Shown here: piece after piece, positions 17,226 to 24,000 of the stretch
How positions within the stretch are numbered: position 1 is the stretch's first letter
Layout of the letters: every line of letters begins with the position of its first letter
DNA from: Candidatus Heimdallarchaeota archaeon
Lineage (GTDB): Archaea > Asgardarchaeota > Heimdallarchaeia > Heimdallarchaeales > Heimdallarchaeaceae
Assembly: GCA_019894795.1 (NCBI GenBank)
Contig: JAGXNV010000001.1
Coordinates: forward strand, 83,469-107,468
Reading direction: 5' to 3'
Length of the DNA stretch: 24,000 nucleotides
Program-made: the position numbers and the translations under genes
The notes under the pieces: model-generated
Databases searched by the model: none
The model's input: the letters and a program-made list of their open reading frames with translations, nothing else
Told to the model about the DNA's origin: nothing

Positions 17226-18074
17226 CTAATATATTTTTTTAGGAAATTGGTTTTCTCTAAGAGTTTTTTTATGAAGATTGCTAACAACTTTGAAACTTTT
17301 TAGTATAAATCGTAAGGATCGCCTGTAACATTTTCTTAAATCAAGAAGATTCTCTAAAAGAGGATTATCGTAGCCCTTTTGAAGAAAAAATTGAACGGTT
17401 TTTGTTGTGGTAGCTGGCTCTAAAGTATAACTGAAATAACATGTTTGTAAACTCCATTTAACAGCTTCCATGGCATATTTTGTTGCATGTGGATGAAAAA
17501 TGTATGTTAAAAGAGCTGCTGTACAAAGAGCAAGATTCATCACCTTGCTTTTTTTAATTTGACTTCTTCGAACTTCAGCCAAGCTAGCTTTCTCTAGTAG
17601 ATTCTCTCCCCATAATGTCGTAGCTGACTTTACAACACTAGCCCAAACAACATCAGTTGGAGCAAATAATTTACATAGAAGTAAATTTACATTAAATACT
17701 TTTGAGAATTTAGCCGCATGAAATTCTTTTCTATAGCAGACAAAGTGTGAAACATACATCCCTGTCATATCTTCTGCACGTTTGTAAACAGTATCAACTA
17801 TAGAACCATTCTTTTTTCTAAAAGTGTGTTTATATTCTAGCTTAGTTAACTCTCTACTGATATATGTCTTATCTTTCTTTGATGTTTTATCATTTATCAC
17901 AAAAATTATGTCTACGTCCGATAGATCTGGTTGGTATTCTCCTTTTGCCACACTACCAAAAATAATCAAACTTAGTAAGTCTATTTTATTTTTTATTATC
18001 AATCCAATAGATTCTCCAATATAATTTCTAGCTTTTGGAGCTAAGTTTTCAAGTAAGTCTATCCGGATTCCCAC
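17226..18074 (-). CDS. Nucleotidyltransferase-domain protein with C-terminal helical (HEPN-like?) region
   Basis: 282 aa; NTase signature 'LIIFGSVAKGEYQPDLSDVDIIFVI'; C-terminal helical 'ATKYAMEAVKWSLQTCYFSYTLEP'. Confidence 0.8.
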   Translation of the reverse strand: MGIRIDLLENLAPKARNYIGESIGLIIKNKIDLLSLIIFGSVAKGEYQPDLSDVDIIFVINDKTSKKDKTYISRELTKLEYKHTFRKKNGSIVDTVYKRAEDMTGMYVSHFVCYRKEFHAAKFSKVFNVNLLLCKLFAPTDVVWASVVKSATTLWGENLLEKASLAEVRRSQIKKSKVMNLALCTAALLTYIFHPHATKYAMEAVKWSLQTCYFSYTLEPATTTKTVQFFLQKGYDNPLLENLLDLRKCYRRSLRFILKSFKVVSNLHKKTLRENQFPKKIY

Positions 18075-18125
18075 AGTTGCTCCTCTTTATAGTTCTTGCA
18101 ATATCTCAATTTCTCTGGAATAATT

Positions 18126-18503
18126 CTATATAACAATAAAGAGTAACGAAGTCAACATCAACAATATAGCAATAATTAACATTATCTCACTTGCCAATGT
18201 CCTCTTTTTAATGTCTGGTTTCAATTGTTGTTTACTTTCCCAGAATGTGTCTATATCCTTTCGATTTGTTAGCATGCCTTTTACTAAAGGTTCAATTTGT
18301 ATCCCTAAACTTAATAGCAGAAATATGATTGCTGTTGAAGCAATTATGGCATATGTGACAAAATCTATACTGTTTTCCCTTAGATTAATTGCACCTGCAA
18401 AGTCCAATGTAGTAAGAATAACCCAAAATAACAGAATAAATATAGATATTCTCAATCTTTCATTTGTGAGTCTTACTTCATTTTGCATAATGTCCGATAC
18501 CAT
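18126..18503 (-). CDS. Small hypothetical membrane protein, about 3 TM segments
   Basis: 125 aa; 'ISIFILLFWVILTTLDFAGAI', 'FVTYAIIASTAIIFLLLSLG', 'EIMLIIAILLMLTSLLFIVI'. Chosen over the opposite-strand ORF 18211..18591 because it is closely spaced with its neighbours. Confidence 0.6.
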   Translation of the reverse strand: MVSDIMQNEVRLTNERLRISIFILLFWVILTTLDFAGAINLRENSIDFVTYAIIASTAIIFLLLSLGIQIEPLVKGMLTNRKDIDTFWESKQQLKPDIKKRTLASEIMLIIAILLMLTSLLFIVI

Positions 18504-18509
18504 TGTTAA

Positions 18510-19940
18510 TCACTTTACTATAACTATATCTTCCAACTCTCTAACAATATGTTCTACCCATTTGAATCTTTCCATCGTTGGCGATTCATAATAGATTCTA
18601 ATCTTAGGTTCTGTTCCTGATTTTCTTATTAATATCCAAGTTCCATCACTTAAGTCATATCTGAGACCATCGATGGTTAGCTCTATCCCGTCTTGATCTT
18701 TCATTCTTTCTATGAGTTTTTCTTTACAATTATCAAATATTGTTAGTATATTTTCAACCTTAACCAAGTAGGCTTTTCTCTCAGCTATGTGAACTGGAAT
18801 GTCCTTCATAATATCATAAACAGTGGTCTTACGTTTTGTAATCACTTTCAATAATTTTGCTAATGCGAATAAACCATCTATCCAGAAACCCCATGAAGGA
18901 AATATAGGTTTCCATGGTTCTGCAGCAAAAGTGACTTTTTCTTTTCTCTCCATTAGCTCTTTTATTTTTCCATGAAGTTCACCTAAGTTTGTTCTGATCG
19001 TTGTTGCACCTAGCTTTTCAATGGTTTTATCTATAGTTGTTGAAGTATCAATGCTTACTATAACATTTCCTGGTCCTTCTTCTTCAATAGCAAATGTCGC
19101 AAAGAGTGCATTCAATCTTGAAAGTTCAACAAATTCTCCAGTCTCATCTATTATAGCAATTCTATCTCCATCACCATCAAATGCCGCACCCATTGTTTTC
19201 TTTTCTTTACATAATTCGAGCAATGTTCCTAGGTTAGCCGGGCTAGGTTCAGCTAATCTGCCTGGAAAATGCCCGTCAACATGTGAATTTATGGTTGTTA
19301 CTTGAAATCCAAGTTTGGAGAAAAGTTGAGGTGCTAAATTAGACATGGGTCCATTTGCACAATCTAGAATAATTCCCCTTCCATCACCTAGAAAGTCGAG
19401 TTCTTCAACAAGTCGTTTCATGTAAGTCTCATTAGCATCTGATATCTTGTGCTGTGCTTGAATTTTATCCCAACTTACATATTGAAATAAACTAACTTGA
19501 TCTGCTCTTGCTTCTATCTTTTGTTCAATTTTATTTTGTTCTTCCTGGATAAATTCTCTGCCATTTCTTAAGACTTTGATTCCATTATCTTGTGGAGGAT
19601 TATGCGATGCAGTAATATATATGGCAACACTGTGTTTCTCATCACGTGTTAAATTTGCAATTACGGGAAAAGTACATAATCCCACTGAATATACCTTTCC
19701 TCCAGCTAGTGAAATGGCAGAACATGCACTCTGACTTAAAGCTTCTGAAGAAGTTCGTGCATCATGGCCAACGATAATTCCTTCTCCCTTGCACAAATCC
19801 GCAATAATTTGACCTATATTAATTACAAGTTCCGCAGTTACCTTTGTACTGTAAGGCCCCCTAATGCCAGCTGTACCAAAAAGCTTTTGCCGTTCATTCA
19901 TTAATTTTAGGGTCCCCTCACGAAATATAACTGTTTTCAT
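18510..19940 (-). CDS. Phosphohexomutase (phosphoglucosamine/phosphomannomutase family)
   Basis: 476 aa; 'KLFGTAGIRG', active-site 'YITASHNPPQDNGIKVL', Mg-binding 'AAFDGDGDRIAIID', C-terminal 'IRKSGTEPKIRIYYES'. Confidence 0.93.
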   Translation of the reverse strand: MKTVIFREGTLKLMNERQKLFGTAGIRGPYSTKVTAELVINIGQIIADLCKGEGIIVGHDARTSSEALSQSACSAISLAGGKVYSVGLCTFPVIANLTRDEKHSVAIYITASHNPPQDNGIKVLRNGREFIQEEQNKIEQKIEARADQVSLFQYVSWDKIQAQHKISDANETYMKRLVEELDFLGDGRGIILDCANGPMSNLAPQLFSKLGFQVTTINSHVDGHFPGRLAEPSPANLGTLLELCKEKKTMGAAFDGDGDRIAIIDETGEFVELSRLNALFATFAIEEEGPGNVIVSIDTSTTIDKTIEKLGATTIRTNLGELHGKIKELMERKEKVTFAAEPWKPIFPSWGFWIDGLFALAKLLKVITKRKTTVYDIMKDIPVHIAERKAYLVKVENILTIFDNCKEKLIERMKDQDGIELTIDGLRYDLSDGTWILIRKSGTEPKIRIYYESPTMERFKWVEHIVRELEDIVIVK

Positions 19941-19982
19941 AAGCGAAATTTATCTATTAAATATTCAAAGAAGAAATCTTGT

Positions 19983-20618
19983 TCACATAAAGTCAGTTAG
20001 TGATTTTTGTTCACTTCTACTTGTTTTTCCTATTATTCTTTCACCATTGAATTGGTCATATAATTTGGATATTTCTTGAAAGTGAGCACTATATTCCTCT
20101 ATTTTGTTATAATTTCTCAGAATGTAGGCAGGATGAAATGTTGCAAAAATTGGATATCCTTCATCTAAAGTAAGAACCTTTCCTGCACTTTTAGTAACTT
20201 TTGCTGATGGAAAGAAAAATTTCAGTGATATCCCTCCAAGTGTAACAATTAGCTTTGGGGTTAACGAATTTAATTGCTTATACAACCATCTTTCTCCACA
20301 GAATTTTAACTCTGATTCATTAGGTGTCCGATTTCCCATATTTTCATCAGTTGGACGGCATTTTACAACATTAAGAATGCTGATTTGTTGTCGAGAAAAA
20401 TTAATACTCTCAAGCATCTTATCTAGTAGCTTTCCAGATCTACCAACAAAAGGAAATCCTTCTTTGTCTTCATTAAACCCAGGAGCCTCACCAATGATGC
20501 ACAAACTGTTTTTTGGTCCATAAATTCCTGGAACTACTTGAGTTCTATTATCTTTCAAGTGACAAGCTTCACATTGTTTTATTTCAATGGTTAGCTCTGC
20601 AAGTTTTTCATCCATCAT
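19983..20618 (-). CDS. Uracil-DNA glycosylase, Fe-S type (family 4-like)
   Basis: 211 aa; 'CEACHL', 'IGEAPGFNEDKEGFPFVGRSGKLLDKML', 'NVVKCRP', 'CGERW', 'FATFHPAYILRN'. Four cysteines at the positions expected for the 4Fe-4S cluster. Confidence 0.93.
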   Translation of the reverse strand: MMDEKLAELTIEIKQCEACHLKDNRTQVVPGIYGPKNSLCIIGEAPGFNEDKEGFPFVGRSGKLLDKMLESINFSRQQISILNVVKCRPTDENMGNRTPNESELKFCGERWLYKQLNSLTPKLIVTLGGISLKFFFPSAKVTKSAGKVLTLDEGYPIFATFHPAYILRNYNKIEEYSAHFQEISKLYDQFNGERIIGKTSRSEQKSLTDFM

Positions 20619-20679
20619 GTGTTGCCTTCTTTAATACATCAAAAAAATAGTATTTATTAAGCTATTCCCGATTGATGCT

Positions 20680-22020
20680 TTGATAAGAGTGAAAGAAACA
20701 ATAATTGAAGCAGATTACTTAATTACATGTAATCCAAAAAATTCTGTTATAAAGAATGCTGCGATTTTAATTATAGGAGACGAAATAAAAGCTTTAGGGA
20801 GTAAAAAGGAAATTCATAAAGATTATTCAGCTTCTACAGTTATCTCTGGTGAGAACAAAATTCTCATGCCTGGTTTGGTGAATACCCATTCTCATAGTGT
20901 TCAAACTTTACTGAGAGGAAAAGCAGATGATTTAGCCCTTCTTGATTGGTTAAAAGAAGTTGTAATTCCTGGTGAATCAAACTTTACTGCAGATGATGTT
21001 CATACTTCCTCTTTACTTGGTTTTGCTGAAATGATACGTACAGGAACAACAACCGCTAACGATATGTTATCAACAAATAACGCAGAATCAGGAATTCAAA
21101 GTGCGATCGAAAGTGGAATTAGGACTAGAATTGGAAAGATGTTGATGGATGTAAATCCAAATTCTCCTACAGAACGCCTAGATGATACGGATGAAATAAT
21201 TAAAACAATAAATCACCAAATTAAAAAATATCATTATACACAGAATCAACGAATTAAATATACCTTAAACGCAAGATTTTTACTTTCGTGTTCTCCGGAA
21301 CTGATGAAAGGTATTGTTGAAACACAAGAACAATATGATGATTTAATGATACACACTCACGCTTCAGAATCACAAGCTGAATGCAAAGCAGTAGAGAATT
21401 ATTACAAAACTTCTTACATCAGAGCACTCCGAGATATTGGTGCTTTGGGTTCAGAAACCATTATAGCTCATGGAATCTGGTTAGATGAGGAAGAATACAA
21501 TATACTGAAAAAGACAGATACTAGGCTGACTCATAATCCATCAAGCAATAGTAAACTAGCTTCAGGAATCTGTGATGTTAAGAAATACTTAGAATTGGGA
21601 ATTATTGTAGGTTTAGCTACAGATGGCGCTCCGTGCAATAATAATCTTGATATGTTTAGAGAAATGCGACTGGCAACATTTCTCCAAAAAGTAAAACATT
21701 TGAATGAAAAGATTCTCCCTGCTCAACAAGTTTTGAGGATGGCAACAATTGAAGGAGCTAGAGCAATAAACTGGGACAAAGAAATAGGTTCAATTGAAGA
21801 AGGAAAAAAAGCTGATGTAATTCAAATTGATATCAGTGATATAGATGCTCTACCAATTTACGATCCAGTATCCCATGTCGTATATTCTGCTTCTGGGAAA
21901 GATGTAAGTATGACCATGATAGATGGATCAATAGTTTATCAAGATAAGGAATTCAAAAACTTTAACTTAAATGATTTAAGGAATAAAGTTTCCCAATACA
22001 AAGAAAAGTGGTCTCATTAA
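20680..22020 (+). CDS. Amidohydrolase, ATZ/TRZ-SsnA/MtaD-like deaminase family
   Basis: 446 aa; 'MPGLVNTHSHSVQTLLRGKADDLALLDWL', 'IHTHASES', 'IIAHGIWLDEEE', 'GLATDGAPCNNNLDMFREMRLA'. Confidence 0.92.
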   Translation: MIRVKETIIEADYLITCNPKNSVIKNAAILIIGDEIKALGSKKEIHKDYSASTVISGENKILMPGLVNTHSHSVQTLLRGKADDLALLDWLKEVVIPGESNFTADDVHTSSLLGFAEMIRTGTTTANDMLSTNNAESGIQSAIESGIRTRIGKMLMDVNPNSPTERLDDTDEIIKTINHQIKKYHYTQNQRIKYTLNARFLLSCSPELMKGIVETQEQYDDLMIHTHASESQAECKAVENYYKTSYIRALRDIGALGSETIIAHGIWLDEEEYNILKKTDTRLTHNPSSNSKLASGICDVKKYLELGIIVGLATDGAPCNNNLDMFREMRLATFLQKVKHLNEKILPAQQVLRMATIEGARAINWDKEIGSIEEGKKADVIQIDISDIDALPIYDPVSHVVYSASGKDVSMTMIDGSIVYQDKEFKNFNLNDLRNKVSQYKEKWSH

Positions 22021-22021
22021 A

Positions 22022-23086
22022 ATGAAAGAATTTTACATTTCTACACCAGGAAGAATATGTCTTTTTGGTGAGGATGTAGATTATATGGGCTTAGAAGTTA
22101 TCACATTAGCTATTAATAATAGAATAGAGCTATCAGGTAGAATAAAGGATGACAATTATATTTATCTTAAATTATCAGATCTTGACACTGAAATACTGTT
22201 TGAAAACACAAAACAGTTGATTACAACAAAAAACGATTATATTTTTTCAGCATTCAACATGTATCAGGAAAAATTTCCCGAATCTTTTGGAGCAGAAATT
22301 CAAGTAAAATCAAATCTATCAATTGGAAAAGGTCTTTCTTCTTCATCCGCATTTTGTGCAGCCTTAGTAGCTTTCTTTGATAAAGCTTCAGGGCTGAATT
22401 CTTCAGATAAAGAACTAGCAAAGAAAGCATATATTGCGGAAGTAATCAATTTAAACCAAGCAGGAGGCATGATGGATCATTTTGCAAGCGTATTAGGGAA
22501 TATTATTTACCTCGAGTGTAGAGATGACTATAATTTCGAAAGGTTGAACGCTAAACTAGATGGGTTGATTATTGGAGATACCTTAAAACAGAAAGAAACT
22601 ATTCAAACTTTGATAATTAGAAAGGCGGAAATTAACCAAGGAATAAAATGGATGGTTGAAAAAGATCAACATTTTAATCTAATAGATTACCCAATAAGTA
22701 AGGTGAAAAAAGAATATCTAGAAAATAAGAACATAGGTCTAAAGAGGTTAATTGGAATCTTAGGAATTAGAGATATAGTGCGAAAGGGGCACATTCTTCT
22801 AAAAAAGGAGAGTGAAAACACAAAACAGATTGCTGTATTAATAAATCAACATCATAGTATTCAACAACAGTATTTTGAAAATGTCACACCAAAGATGCAA
22901 GAGTTAATTGCTCACGCTTGTGAAGCAGGGGCCCTTGGATGCAAACTAATGGGAAGTGGAAATGGAGGTTCATTCTTAGCTTATGCCCCTGGAAGAGAAA
23001 AAGAGGTAATGAAGGCTATAGATAAGGGGGGAGGAAAAGCCTATCGTGTGTACCAAGGTCAAGGGCTAAAAAGTTCTATCACATAA
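22022..23086 (+). CDS. GHMP kinase (galactokinase/mevalonate kinase-like small-molecule kinase)
   Basis: 354 aa; 'STPGRICLFGEDVDYMGLEVITLAIN', 'IGKGLSSSSAFCAALVAFFD', 'NQAGGMMDHFASVLGN', C-terminal 'GCKLMGSGNGGSFLAYAPG'. Confidence 0.88.
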   Translation: MKEFYISTPGRICLFGEDVDYMGLEVITLAINNRIELSGRIKDDNYIYLKLSDLDTEILFENTKQLITTKNDYIFSAFNMYQEKFPESFGAEIQVKSNLSIGKGLSSSSAFCAALVAFFDKASGLNSSDKELAKKAYIAEVINLNQAGGMMDHFASVLGNIIYLECRDDYNFERLNAKLDGLIIGDTLKQKETIQTLIIRKAEINQGIKWMVEKDQHFNLIDYPISKVKKEYLENKNIGLKRLIGILGIRDIVRKGHILLKKESENTKQIAVLINQHHSIQQQYFENVTPKMQELIAHACEAGALGCKLMGSGNGGSFLAYAPGREKEVMKAIDKGGGKAYRVYQGQGLKSSIT

Positions 23087-23149
23087 GCCATAGAAAAGGT
23101 AGGCAAAAGACTGAAAAAGAACAGCGCAAATTTTAACGAAAAGAAAGAG

Positions 23150-23563
23150 TTGGATAAAATGACTGAAGATTGTCTTTTCTGTAAAATCATTAGTAAGGAA
23201 ATACCAAGTTATATTTTATATGAAGATGATGAAATATTAGTTTTTCTTGATATAAATCCAATAACAAAAGGTCATGCTCTGTTCATTCCTAAAAAGCACA
23301 TTGCAAATCTATGTGAACTAAAAGAGGAAGAAATAGGCTTCATGAAGAAATTGCCTGCGATTGCTAGAAAATTGAAAGAAGTCACAGGTGCAACAGGGAT
23401 GAATCTGATACAGAACAATGGAAAAGATGCTGGTCAAGTAATCTTTCACATACACTTTCACCTAATGCCAAGACATCCTAATGATGGTTTAACAATGCTA
23501 CCACCGAGAACAGCATTGGATAAAGTGGGTGCGGAAGATTTGATAAACAAATTTGCTCAATAG
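23150..23563 (+). CDS. HIT family protein (Hint-like)
   Basis: 137 aa; 'DCLFCKIISKEIPSYILYEDDEILVFLDINPITKGHALFIPKKHI' and histidine triad 'QVIFHIHFHLMPR'. Confidence 0.95.
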   Translation: MDKMTEDCLFCKIISKEIPSYILYEDDEILVFLDINPITKGHALFIPKKHIANLCELKEEEIGFMKKLPAIARKLKEVTGATGMNLIQNNGKDAGQVIFHIHFHLMPRHPNDGLTMLPPRTALDKVGAEDLINKFAQ

Positions 23564-23633
23564 CGGAGTTATAGAAAAATGGAGGCGAAAACTTAATAAA
23601 ATTAAATAGTATGAACATGAAAAGGGGAAAAAG

Positions 23634-24000
23634 ATGACAGAAGAACAGGGCAAGAAATATATTTTCAAGATTGTTCTACTTGGGGATCCAGGGGTAGGCA
23701 AAAGTTCACTAATCACGAGATTTGTACATAATAGATTTCAAGCCTCCTATTTGATGACTATCGGTGTCGATATCCTTAGCAAACAACTTTTTGTAGGAAA
23801 GGATGAAGTTTTATTTCTAATAAGTGATATAGGTGGTCAAGAAAGATTCGCTTCTGTAAGAGAGAAATTCTACCGTGGGGCAAGAGGATGTTTTCTAGTT
23901 TTTGATCTAACAAGAGAAAATACACTAGCTTCAGTCAAAGCATGGAAGAAAGGTTTGGATACTGTTGAAGAAGATGTTATTTACTTTTTAATCGGAAATA
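23634..24000 (+). CDS. Ras/Rab-like small GTPase, partial; runs off the right edge; absent from the ORF track
   Basis: Manual translation: MTEEQGKKYIFKIVLLGDPGVGKSSLITRFVHNRFQASYLMTIGVDILSKQLFVGKDEVLFLISDIGGQERFASVREKFYRGARGCFLVFDLTRENTLASVKAWKKGLDTVEEDVIYFLIGN. Contains P-loop GDPGVGKSS, switch I Thr, switch II DIGGQERF. Confidence 0.93.
   Translation, partial: MTEEQGKKYIFKIVLLGDPGVGKSSLITRFVHNRFQASYLMTIGVDILSKQLFVGKDEVLFLISDIGGQERFASVREKFYRGARGCFLVFDLTRENTLASVKAWKKGLDTVEEDVIYFLIGN

Noticed and set aside
18211-18591. 126 aa plus-strand ORF overlapping the 125 aa membrane protein
   Set aside because: It overlaps the end of the well-supported phosphohexomutase gene and has no recognisable features; the minus-strand ORF fits the spacing of the local gene string.
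1-24000. CRISPR array, prophage, transposon or large repeat structure
   Set aside because: No regularly spaced repeats, transposase, integrase or terminal inverted repeats noticed; the window is dominated by standard chromosomal genes.

Overview
This 24 kb window looks like archaeal chromosome, most plausibly from an Asgard-type archaeon. Supporting signs are archaeal-type S7 and L10e proteins, a tRNA with an intron at the 37/38 site, split glycine dehydrogenase subunits, a cyclophilin, and a Ras/Rab-like small GTPase running off the right edge. Most of the content is recognisable housekeeping or metabolic genes: a redox/glycine cluster (COG3199 NAD kinase, gcvPB, gcvPA, two SDRs), ribosomal proteins, tRNA-Met, PPIase, HAD hydrolase, alpha/beta hydrolase, MFS transporter, nucleotidyltransferase, phosphohexomutase, uracil-DNA glycosylase, amidohydrolase, GHMP kinase, HIT protein and small GTPase. 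I see no CRISPR array, transposon or prophage. The least ordinary spots are: (1) the left edge, where an ORF-track-missed CHAT (caspase-like) peptidase domain sits directly behind a winged-helix/SocA-Panacea-like protein, with no visible ATG; (2) a tRNA-Met whose 48-nt intron starts with a 9-nt copy of the exon-2 anticodon-stem sequence, so two alternative anticodon arms are possible; (3) HAD and alpha/beta hydrolase proteins with non-canonical catalytic residues; (4) a small GTPase with a hybrid switch II (DIGGQERF) in a co-directional cluster with nucleotide- and sugar-type enzymes. No complete new system can be demonstrated from this window alone. I read bases manually, so exact positions in homopolymer runs may be off by one.
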